Below are positions 22,324 through 29,918 of a DNA stretch of 32,000 nucleotides, piece after piece. The first letter of the stretch is position 1. Each line of letters begins with the position of its first letter. Both the position numbers and the translations under genes were made by a program. The stretch lies in NCBI GenBank assembly GCA_028710695.1, contig JAQTTP010000004.1, positions 1 through 32,000 of the forward strand. Reading direction: 5' to 3'. The notes beneath the pieces are model-generated. The model was given only the letters and a program-made list of their open reading frames with translations, made no database searches and was not told the DNA's origin. Source of the stretch: Candidatus Iainarchaeum sp. (lineage in GTDB: Archaea; Iainarchaeota; Iainarchaeia; Iainarchaeales; 0-14-0-20-30-16).

Positions 22324-23502
22324 ATGGCTTCAATATATCATGATGACAAAAGAATAGCAAATGCAGTCAAAAACTTAAACTCTGATATTAATATTCCACC
22401 AATTGCTAAAGATGAAATAACAAAATATATTGAATACTGTGCAGCAAGAGGAATAAAAAAAGTAAGATTTCCAAAATTAATTGGCGAGTTATCAAAAATG
22501 GCAACACTCTTAAAAAAATCATTTAAAGAGGCAAACAAAGATGACCTTATTTCTTTAGCTGCAAAGATAGAAAGCTTAGATTTAGCAGATTATACAAAAT
22601 ACGAATATAAAGTTGTACTTAAACGATTTTATAAATACTTAGAAGGGCGAGACATTAAGTATCCTGAAAAAATTGATTGGTTAAAACCAAAAGAGCCTAT
22701 GAGTACGAGACTTCCAGAAGACATTCTTACTGAAGAAGAACTATTAAAAATGATAGAATCTGCAGAACACCCAAGAGATAGGGCAATAATGATGTTGCTC
22801 TCTGAAACTGGGTTTAGAGTGGGAGAATTGGCAACTTTAAAAATAAAAAATATTACCTTTGAGACAGAAATGGGTTATGTAAGGGTCGACGGAAAAACAG
22901 GCCCTCGAAGAATACCTATTGTGCCATCAATACCTTACTTGGCGGCATGGTTGGATCTACATCCGCAAAAAAACAACCCAGAAGCCCCTCTGTGGCCTTG
23001 TTTAGCGAATAAAGATAGAAATAATCCAGCACCAATGGGATATAATGCAATTAGAAAATTATTGATAACTATCGGAAAAAGAGCAAAGATTACAAAAAGA
23101 ATAAATCCACATAGTTTTAGGCATGCAAGAGCAACATTAATGGCAAGAAAGAATATCTCTGAACAACAGATGAAACAATATATGGGCTGGTCTCAAAATT
23201 CAAAGGAAGTATCAACTTATGTCCATATGGCAAGTAAAGACTTAAATGATCCCATAAAAAAGCTCTACGGCCTAAAAATCGAAGAAACAGAAAAATCAAA
23301 GTTCGCACCAAAAGACTGCCCAAGGTGTTCAGCAAAAAATTCCCCCAATAGTAACTTTTGTACTAAATGTGCTTGCCCTTTAGATACACAAACATTATTA
23401 GACTATGAGCAACAAAAGAAAGAGAATGAAGATTTATTAGACAAAATATTAACTGATCCAATAATAAGAAAACAAATTGTTTTTAAGCTATTGAATAAAT
23501 AA
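22324..23502 (+). CDS. int: Tyrosine recombinase/integrase with C-terminal zinc ribbon
   Basis: SAM-like N-domain. Catalytic residues are ETGFRVGELATLK (Arg), HSFRHARATLM (H-x-x-R) and GWSQNSKEVSTYVH (Trp/His and Tyr nucleophile). The C-terminal CPRCSAKNSPNSNFCTKCACPLD is a CxxC-x10-CxxC motif. A TATA-like ATATTTATAA lies ~27 nt before the ATG. Confidence 0.9.
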   Translation: MASIYHDDKRIANAVKNLNSDINIPPIAKDEITKYIEYCAARGIKKVRFPKLIGELSKMATLLKKSFKEANKDDLISLAAKIESLDLADYTKYEYKVVLKRFYKYLEGRDIKYPEKIDWLKPKEPMSTRLPEDILTEEELLKMIESAEHPRDRAIMMLLSETGFRVGELATLKIKNITFETEMGYVRVDGKTGPRRIPIVPSIPYLAAWLDLHPQKNNPEAPLWPCLANKDRNNPAPMGYNAIRKLLITIGKRAKITKRINPHSFRHARATLMARKNISEQQMKQYMGWSQNSKEVSTYVHMASKDLNDPIKKLYGLKIEETEKSKFAPKDCPRCSAKNSPNSNFCTKCACPLDTQTLLDYEQQKKENEDLLDKILTDPIIRKQIVFKLLNK

Positions 23503-24477
23503 TCATAAAAAAATGTTTAATTGCTTATTCATTCCAATAGACCCATCTATACAAATTGCTGTATCCATAAAAATCGCAGAATTAACTGGCAAAAGCATTT
23601 TTTCAGTAAATAATTTTGATAGTTCTGATAGGATAAAATTCCAATTTAAAAATTCATCTTTTTGAGACAATATATAAGTTTTAAATTTTTCAGGAGAATA
23701 ATCGGTGCGATTCCTACGATTTTTCAAATAATCAAACACAGCCTTTTTCTTTACGTTTTGATCAACTGAATTAAGGACTAAATTAGAATTACTGTTTAAT
23801 CCATCATAGCCAGAAATACGTATTGCAAAGATATTTACTATAATTATACGAAAAAAACCGTGCAAATCACGGAAATTATTTTTGTTAACTTCACTAAAGG
23901 ATAATTTACTAAATAAACTATAAATATTTTCTTCAAATTCTTTAGCGTTCTTTTGCGCGTCATCATAACTAATTCCAGAAAGTAGATTTTTTCGTAGGAT
24001 TGAATTCATTAACAAAGATCTTACATATGATTCATTAGTATCTGTAATTTTTCTTGTAAATATATAAAAATAAAATAAATATATTGCAAAAATTCCAGTA
24101 ATGGATAAGTTGTTAATTCCCTGTATTGCTCTCAATTCTTTTGCAGGAAAAGTAGAACTAACAAAAGCATTAAATTTATTCCCGTCCTTAGCAGAGATCT
24201 TTTCTATTAGAAGTTTAGGCAAATGTTTTTTTAAAAATAAACTATATACTTTAATCCAATTGATTTCATATGGATTTTTTGTTTTATAATGTCTGGGTAT
24301 AATTATATCATCTAATGTCGAACCAATATTGACCCCTGCCCTTTTTCCCCAATAGTAGTCAAAGGTACTTTTTGTACCTTCAAAAACATCTTGAAATATG
24401 CCGTTATATGTTTTTGGTTTCTCTGCCAAAGATAAAAATGCTTTCGATATTAGTGTATCTACGTAAACTTTATTCAA
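23503..24477 (-). CDS. Hypothetical protein (324 aa), element cargo
   Basis: Long ORF convergent with int (0-nt gap). One central hydrophobic segment (ITGIFAIYLFYFYIF). No recognisable motif. Confidence 0.6.
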   Translation of the reverse strand: MNKVYVDTLISKAFLSLAEKPKTYNGIFQDVFEGTKSTFDYYWGKRAGVNIGSTLDDIIIPRHYKTKNPYEINWIKVYSLFLKKHLPKLLIEKISAKDGNKFNAFVSSTFPAKELRAIQGINNLSITGIFAIYLFYFYIFTRKITDTNESYVRSLLMNSILRKNLLSGISYDDAQKNAKEFEENIYSLFSKLSFSEVNKNNFRDLHGFFRIIIVNIFAIRISGYDGLNSNSNLVLNSVDQNVKKKAVFDYLKNRRNRTDYSPEKFKTYILSQKDEFLNWNFILSELSKLFTEKMLLPVNSAIFMDTAICIDGSIGMNKQLNIFL

Positions 24478-24554
24478 ATAAACACCTTGAAAACTATGAA
24501 TAAAAACATATTCACTACGTAAATAATATAAATGAATCTAAAAGGGGGATAAAA

Positions 24555-24704
24555 ATGGGTAAAGATCGAAAATTATGTGTTATTTTGACGGAGATGGATG
24601 ATAAACTTTTAGCTGAGCTGTCAAAAACATCTGGACTAACAAAATCAAGCATTGTACGTCTACTTTTAAAACGGGCATTGTCGGAGGGCTGGACCCCATG
24701 CTGA
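24555..24704 (+). CDS. Ribbon-helix-helix (CopG/Arc/MetJ-like) DNA-binding protein, 49 aa (not in ORF track)
   Basis: Own translation: MGKDRKLCVILTEMDDKLLAELSKTSGLTKSSIVRLLLKRALSEGWTPC*. It shows the beta-strand, helix, G-x-[ST], helix pattern of RHH proteins. AGGGGGAT lies 6 nt upstream. The stop overlaps the next ATG (ATGCTGA). Confidence 0.6.
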   Translation: MGKDRKLCVILTEMDDKLLAELSKTSGLTKSSIVRLLLKRALSEGWTPC

Positions 24705-25030
24705 TTTCACAAAGATTAAAAGAATTACAGTTGGAGGCAAATAATATCTCTAATTTACCAATAACTGCACAGTCGCAATACATTTTCTTTGAATTAAATC
24801 TTGATTCCACACAACAAATTAATCAAAACTTTTATTCAGAGATTATAGGGGGTAAACAAAATCTGATTTCCAATATTACTACGAGCCCGTATTATCTGCC
24901 ACAACAGGTAATAACTTGGATATCACAATTTCAAGATATAGCAGGCAAGATTTCTACTGAATTAAATGAAATAAAAATAGCATACGAAAAAACAGTAAGT
25001 TTGAATTCCATATATGGTGATTTAGCATGA
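24698..25030 (+). CDS. Hypothetical protein (110 aa), element operon gene 2
   Basis: Overlaps both neighbours (7 nt and 4 nt ATGA). Gln/Asn/Ile-rich with no motif. Confidence 0.5.
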   Translation: MLISQRLKELQLEANNISNLPITAQSQYIFFELNLDSTQQINQNFYSEIIGGKQNLISNITTSPYYLPQQVITWISQFQDIAGKISTELNEIKIAYEKTVSLNSIYGDLA

Positions 25031-25806
25031 CTGCAAAAGAAAAAGTATTTGAATTCCTTAAAAAAGAAAATAAACAATATACACCTAAAATAATTTCAAA
25101 GCTCCTTCAGATAGACATAAACACAACACGCGGAGCACTAATAGATCTTTACAAAACAGGGGTAGTTTCAAAGAGCCACCATTATTATTATGTGCCAAAT
25201 GAACAAACCAACGGTGTTGATTACTTGGCCCAAAATTGTGGCGTAAAATATCAGACAAAACAATCAATAATACATAAAGAAAAAGAAATACAGTTAAACC
25301 ACATAAAAATAAGAATAATTTACGGGGAAAAAAATAACCAAGTTACTGCAAAAATTTCCTGTGAGCCTCCAATAAGCATAGAGTTACTTATTGCGGCAAT
25401 ATTAAAAGTAAAGGAAGATATTTTTGAAGAAATAAAAGAACTGCCAAAAGATACAGAAATCCAAATAACAACTTTAGAGTTAAACCAAGATTATCCTAAT
25501 TGGAGGTTTGATGGCATTAACTGCATGACCTTAAATGACGTCTGGGGCTTTTTAAAGATATACAATAAGGATAACCCTACCCGAGTACGTAAAGAGCTAA
25601 GGGCGAGGCTAAAAATAACTCTGGCAGATTTACAACAATTATTAACATACGGAATAACCGAAAGCACAAACAGAGTATATTTAGATCATTCAATTGCAGA
25701 TCTAAAACAAACTATTGCTGTAGATGGTCAAGCAACCAGAAACATTATTTATGCTGCATTAGATAAGCATAACAAGCACATTCCAAGCACAAAGGAGGAG
25801 AATTAA
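25027..25806 (+). CDS. Winged-helix N-terminal domain protein (259 aa), element operon gene 3
   Basis: KEKVFEFLKKENKQYTPKIISKLLQIDINTTRGALIDLYKTGVVSK is a typical wHTH. The C-terminal ~190 aa are unassigned. Confidence 0.6.
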   Translation: MTAKEKVFEFLKKENKQYTPKIISKLLQIDINTTRGALIDLYKTGVVSKSHHYYYVPNEQTNGVDYLAQNCGVKYQTKQSIIHKEKEIQLNHIKIRIIYGEKNNQVTAKISCEPPISIELLIAAILKVKEDIFEEIKELPKDTEIQITTLELNQDYPNWRFDGINCMTLNDVWGFLKIYNKDNPTRVRKELRARLKITLADLQQLLTYGITESTNRVYLDHSIADLKQTIAVDGQATRNIIYAALDKHNKHIPSTKEEN

Positions 25807-26268
25807 ATGGTTAATTTTAATCCACAACCACAGTTTGGTACTAATTTAAATGCAGTAGACTGTGGTAGGAAGGGGGGAAAAAGCACCACAATTAAGACGG
25901 TATTTGCGAGAGAATTAAAAAAAATCCAAAGCTTGGATGCTAAAGACCATCTACAAAAAACAGAGGTCATAGATAAAAATGGGAATAAAGTCGACATCTA
26001 CACCGTTTTGTTGGCGGGGGAGGATGGTATTGACTGTACTATTAAGAGTATTTTAGGAATATATCTCACTAAACTCGACAGAATGGTACAAAATACAAAG
26101 GATGATTACGAGCAAGTAAGACTTATTAAAGAGTGTATAAAAGCCGTGTGTAAGGTAAAAGAAGTGCTTTATGGCAAGAAAGTACGAGCCCCAGAAGGAC
26201 CAAACATATTTGAGATTCAAAAAGCAACTAAGCTTTTTGAAGAGCTTGAAAAAGACGATGGCAATTAA
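25807..26268 (+). CDS. Hypothetical protein (153 aa), element operon gene 4
   Basis: The ATG follows the previous TAA with no gap. The N-terminal GRKGGKSTT basic motif is DNA-binding-like (inference). Confidence 0.5.
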   Translation: MVNFNPQPQFGTNLNAVDCGRKGGKSTTIKTVFARELKKIQSLDAKDHLQKTEVIDKNGNKVDIYTVLLAGEDGIDCTIKSILGIYLTKLDRMVQNTKDDYEQVRLIKECIKAVCKVKEVLYGKKVRAPEGPNIFEIQKATKLFEELEKDDGN

Positions 26269-26317
26269 CCGCCATAAACGCTACAAAGCGCCCACAAATG
26301 GGCTTATAAATCAAATC

Positions 26318-27331
26318 CTAAGAGCCCCACTCTTTTAGACAGGCACTTTTTAATTGTTCATTTTCTATTTTATTACAATACGATGCAGAATTTGCTTTGA
26401 ACGAATATGAATAAAGGCACACATCTTTTGTATTTATTTCATCAGCAAATCCTACTGCCATATAGTGCCTATTATTGTGGTTACATACCAAATCAGTGTT
26501 TTTTATTTCAGCAACATAAGATAAACAAGTACCAAATTGGGCCTCGCCCACTATTGGGTCACAATCTTCTGGTTCTTTTGCAACACCATAATATTTTCCG
26601 ATATAACAACTTTGTTGTTTTTCTGAGTCTCCTTGCAAATTAAAATCATACAAAAAACATTCATCTTCAACAATATTTTTTGCTTTTAGATAGTCGGCTT
26701 CTAATATGTTGTCATAATTTGCTATAAAATAAAAATTATCTATCTGACTGACATAATTTCCATCATCTAAGATGTAATCAGTTATTTGCCACCCACTTAA
26801 GCTATCTTTTAGCTTATAAGTAGAATCATATATTTTACTTTTATTTCCCTCATTAATCTGTAATTTTAGATCAACTTTACAAATGTCCTCTGAAGAATAG
26901 ATGGATTTAATGGATACAATTTCATAAGTTACTTTATCATTTAAGCTAAAATAATAATTTAGATAACTAATACAGTTAGACTCATAACCAAAATAGTTAG
27001 CAACACAAAGGTCATATAAGTCATTGTAATTATTTAATAAAACATCAAAATATTTTTGCCTTGCCTCGATATAAGATAAAGCAGGGCCAACAGTTATTTT
27101 TGATTGAAAAATTAAGTTTTTTATTTTTCCAGTTACTGATTCATAAGCAGCATACTTAATAAAATCCCCTACAACCTGTGCTGTAGGATCACAATTAACA
27201 TCTTTTTTTGTTTCAATTATTGGTGCCAAAGTATTCTTATCGTTACTATCGGAAACACACCCTGATAAAATAAACATTAACATACACAAAGCAACAATCC
27301 CAGATATTACAAAAACCCCATAAAACCTCAT
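26318..27331 (-). CDS. Cys-rich secreted lipoprotein (337 aa)
   Basis: Signal peptide plus lipobox (MLMFILSGC|VSDS). More than 15 Cys are spread through the mature part. A 4-nt ATGA overlap links it to the upstream gene. Confidence 0.7.
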   Translation of the reverse strand: MRFYGVFVISGIVALCMLMFILSGCVSDSNDKNTLAPIIETKKDVNCDPTAQVVGDFIKYAAYESVTGKIKNLIFQSKITVGPALSYIEARQKYFDVLLNNYNDLYDLCVANYFGYESNCISYLNYYFSLNDKVTYEIVSIKSIYSSEDICKVDLKLQINEGNKSKIYDSTYKLKDSLSGWQITDYILDDGNYVSQIDNFYFIANYDNILEADYLKAKNIVEDECFLYDFNLQGDSEKQQSCYIGKYYGVAKEPEDCDPIVGEAQFGTCLSYVAEIKNTDLVCNHNNRHYMAVGFADEINTKDVCLYSYSFKANSASYCNKIENEQLKSACLKEWGS

Positions 27332-27588
27332 TTAGATCCCTCTTTATATATCAAAAAAAGCCCTGCCACTACAAGAACTACGGATGCAATTATAACAATC
27401 CAATCAACAACCAAGACAAGGTTACATTGTTCAAGCAAGCCTCCAAGAATAGAACCACAAAACGTATGTGCATAACTTAAACTAAAAACTTTTTCACCCT
27501 GAGGGTATATTGGTACAAAACGCAATAAAAACAGGATAACCCCAATAATAATGAGTAAATACTTTTTTTGTCTAAGATCCGTATCCAT
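27328..27588 (-). CDS. Small two-TM membrane protein (86 aa from the revised start)
   Basis: I moved the start to the ATG at 27588 (MDTDLRQKK...), which is preceded by AAGGTGA 5 nt upstream. The track's longer version would overlap the upstream gene by 32 nt. Confidence 0.55.
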   Translation of the reverse strand: MDTDLRQKKYLLIIIGVILFLLRFVPIYPQGEKVFSLSYAHTFCGSILGGLLEQCNLVLVVDWIVIIASVVLVVAGLFLIYKEGSK

Positions 27589-27598
27589 TATTTCACCT

Positions 27599-27919
27599 TT
27601 ATTTAGAATAATATTTCTGAAACTCGTCATCTGTGCTTATTAAATATAATATGCCCTCAATAAATCCCACTATTGCAGGTATAAAAGTCCAACAAAAAAC
27701 AAGGTATAGAATTCCTAACCCGACTCTATTTAAATAAAATTTATGTACACCGAATCCACCCAAAAATATTGCTAAAAGACCTGCGGTGAGTTTATCTTTT
27801 TTTGCTACTACTTGTTTTTGTCTTACCCCACATTTAGGGCATATTTCTGCCTCCGTCTTTATAATTTCTCCACAAGATGGACAAAAAATTTCGTCTGCCC
27901 CTTTTACTTTCTTAGCCAA
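27599..27919 (-). CDS. Zinc-ribbon plus TM2-domain membrane protein
   Basis: N-terminal CPSCGEIIKTEAEICPKCG, then LTAGLLAIFLGGFGVHKFYLNRVGLGILYLVFCWTFIPAIVGFIEGI, the TM2-domain signature. Confidence 0.75.
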   Translation of the reverse strand: MAKKVKGADEIFCPSCGEIIKTEAEICPKCGVRQKQVVAKKDKLTAGLLAIFLGGFGVHKFYLNRVGLGILYLVFCWTFIPAIVGFIEGILYLISTDDEFQKYYSK

Positions 27920-28017
27920 AACATCACCTTCTAAATAGAGTATAGCAAAGTTTAAAATACTTGTTTGCTAAGCTTGTGCTAATCTTTCATATATACATCG
28001 CTAATGCCTTTTTCTAT

Positions 28018-28272
28018 ATGATTGAGGACTTAAGCTTTGTTTTGAGAGGCAAAATAAGAACACAAATTATTACCTCACTTACCAATCAAAAGAACCCACA
28101 GAGAATAGCTAAAGAGATAAATACACACTTATCTACAACAAGTAGAGCTCTAACTGATTTAGAATCAAAAGGGCTTGTTAAATGCCTAAACCCAAAGGAT
28201 GCATTCATGCGATTTTATGAATTAACTGAGAAAGGAAAAGAAATAAAGGCAGAAATAAAAAAGGTTATATAA
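28018..28272 (+). CDS. Small winged-helix (ArsR/MarR-like) transcription regulator (84 aa)
   Basis: LRGKIRTQIITSLTNQKNPQRIAKEINTHLSTTSRALTDLESKGLVKCL. The start is moved to the first ATG (28018) because the track uses an upstream TTG. Confidence 0.65.
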   Translation: MIEDLSFVLRGKIRTQIITSLTNQKNPQRIAKEINTHLSTTSRALTDLESKGLVKCLNPKDAFMRFYELTEKGKEIKAEIKKVI

Positions 28273-28283
28273 AAAACATTATA

Positions 28284-28625
28284 ATGAATAAAATAATTAA
28301 AGGTATTCACCAAAGCACTATAGAGATAGTTGCCTCTGCTGGAACCGGGTTAATAATATCGGCTATTTATTACGAAATTTTTGAATCATCTGTTTTTTGG
28401 GGTATATTTTTCTTGATTTGTGTTTATATTCTTTGTATTATAAGCTATATTGGGTTCTTCCAAGATATGTCCAAACAAGTCAAATATACAATTGGTTGGG
28501 TTATCGGGGGGGTAATAATTATTAAATACTGCCCAGAAATAGTGTCATGGGATATGTTGCCATATTTTATTATTCCGGTTTCTACTTTAGGGTATAAAAT
28601 ATATAAACATTACAAAAAAACGTGA
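28284..28625 (+). CDS. Hypothetical 3-4 TM membrane protein (113 aa)
   Basis: A hydrophobic ORF 11 nt after the regulator gene and the last gene before the attR candidate. Confidence 0.55.
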   Translation: MNKIIKGIHQSTIEIVASAGTGLIISAIYYEIFESSVFWGIFFLICVYILCIISYIGFFQDMSKQVKYTIGWVIGGVIIIKYCPEIVSWDMLPYFIIPVSTLGYKIYKHYKKT

Positions 28626-28653
28626 TGCGGGCTTATACCCGCCACCTAACGTA

Positions 28654-28665
28654 GAGAGGCGGGAT
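28654..28665 (+). repeat. attR candidate: GAGAGGCGGGAT
   Basis: Exact direct repeat of 22250-22261. It is preceded by CCCGCC (28638-28643), which equals the 5' acceptor strand of tRNA-Tyr and can pair with GGCGGG. It is followed by a T-rich tract. Confidence 0.5.
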
Positions 28666-28698
28666 TCATTTTCTTTTTTAAATTCAACAAGAACATGG

Positions 28699-29256
28699 CT
28701 ATTTCCCCGCAACTATTTTTACAATACTTTTCCTTTGTACAAGATAGTCTCCTGGCTTGGAATAATACCTTTCTGTGTAGGGGGAAGAATGTGCTTCTGC
28801 TTCAGTTATTGGCCTTATTTCTAAGACTCTAAATTTAGTTCTTTCTAAGGCTTGCCTTAAATCAGAAACATTTTTTATGCCTGCAACAATAATTTCTAAT
28901 CTGCCTGCAGGTTTTAGTTTTCTATAAATATACTTTAAAACTTTGAGATTATATTCCACGGTAATAATAGAATTAAACTTTGGCCCATAATGCCCTAAAG
29001 CCAACTCACTTGTAATTAATTCTGCGCTGTTGTCTTTTAAAGTTCTTAGTCCAGAGATAAAATCCCCTGTATGTTGACGCCAATTAGCAGTGTGAGCAAT
29101 TTCTGATTTAGTTGTATCAATGCCCAAAAACCTCTTCTCTGGTGCTTTTAAAGCGTGTTCTCTTGTTTTGGCACCATTATCTGAGCCAAGATTCCCCAAA
29201 TGCACAACATCTGCGTGCGGCTTTCTTATCCAAGCAGACAATTTCCTAAAAACCAT
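28699..29256 (-). CDS. Divergent class I methyltransferase-fold protein (185 aa)
   Basis: VVHLGNLGSDNG occupies the motif I position, RFLGIDT the motif II position and LKPAGRLEIIV the motif near beta-5. The glycine-rich SAM loop is non-canonical. It is not a close relative of paralogues A-C. Confidence 0.55.
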   Translation of the reverse strand: MVFRKLSAWIRKPHADVVHLGNLGSDNGAKTREHALKAPEKRFLGIDTTKSEIAHTANWRQHTGDFISGLRTLKDNSAELITSELALGHYGPKFNSIITVEYNLKVLKYIYRKLKPAGRLEIIVAGIKNVSDLRQALERTKFRVLEIRPITEAEAHSSPYTERYYSKPGDYLVQRKSIVKIVAGK

Positions 29257-29470
29257 ATAAAAATTAAGGGTAGTTCTTTATAAAACATATTCTTTTAGAT
29301 TGCCATGGCCAAAAACAGATTCCTTTTTATTTTTACTTATTTTACTTATATAAGTTAAATAAGGTGATTTTAAAGGCAAATTAAGGTGAATGTATGGTCA
29401 AGTTTGAATTTATGCTCGGCAGGTTCGCAAAAATGTCAAACAGGAACCATAAAATGGATGGGGTGATTTT

Positions 29471-29659
29471 ATGGTTAATATGACTTTGGCTGTTCCTAAA
29501 GAACTGCATGACATTATGAAGAAGCACCCAGAGATAAAGTGGACTGCGGTGGCAAGAAAAGCAATGGAAAATAAGGCAAAAACCTTAGAAGACGATGACA
29601 AAGAGCAAGAACTCCTTAGGGCATACGCCTATAAACGGCTAATAAGAGATAAGGATTAG
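29471..29659 (+). CDS. Small RHH-like/antitoxin-like protein (62 aa)
   Basis: MTLAVPKELHDIMKKHPEIKWTAVARKAMENKA shows a strand-helix-helix pattern. GGGGTGAT lies 4 nt upstream of the ATG. No partner toxin gene is adjacent. Confidence 0.5.
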   Translation: MVNMTLAVPKELHDIMKKHPEIKWTAVARKAMENKAKTLEDDDKEQELLRAYAYKRLIRDKD

Positions 29660-29918
29660 CCCTAAATTTGTCTTCTTTTTTGTGATTGTTTTTGTTGTCA
29701 ATTTATGTGGTTAGTTTATATTCATAATATATATTATATATATGCGCGAGAGAAAGAGGGAAAACTGATGAGTAACTATTATAAATCTTTGCTAAAAGGC
29801 CGGCAAACCTTTATAAAGAGTAGGGATTAAGTATATTACAGAGCGTTATGAGCGTCCTTAATGTGGGATTCTTTGACTAAAGCTCAGACTCTTCATAGAA
29901 AAACGAGGTGAAGTATAG

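Larger units (their letters stand above)
22261..28665. mobile_element. Integrated element (~6.4 kb; provirus or integrative plasmid) in the 3' end of tRNA-Tyr
   Basis: A tRNA-proximal tyrosine integrase and 12-bp direct repeats of the tRNA 3' end at both borders. The cargo is orphan genes with translationally coupled overlaps (RHH/wHTH regulators, a membrane and lipoprotein module). Confidence 0.6.

Noticed and set aside
29394-29483. 29-aa ORF (MVKFEFMLGRFAKMSNRNHKMDGVILWLI) with an AAGGTGA upstream
   Set aside because: It is very short, has no recognisable features, and overlaps the better-supported start (GGGGTGAT SD) of the 62-aa RHH-like ORF. Evidence is insufficient.
29765-29771. CUGAUGA motif (possible hammerhead core or C/D-box sRNA box C) upstream of the S-layer-like gene
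   Set aside because: No CUGA box D or D' lies within ~70 nt, there is no GAAA/stem arrangement for a hammerhead, and no terminal pairing. It is most likely a chance occurrence. The intron of tRNA-Tyr was also checked and has no C/D boxes.
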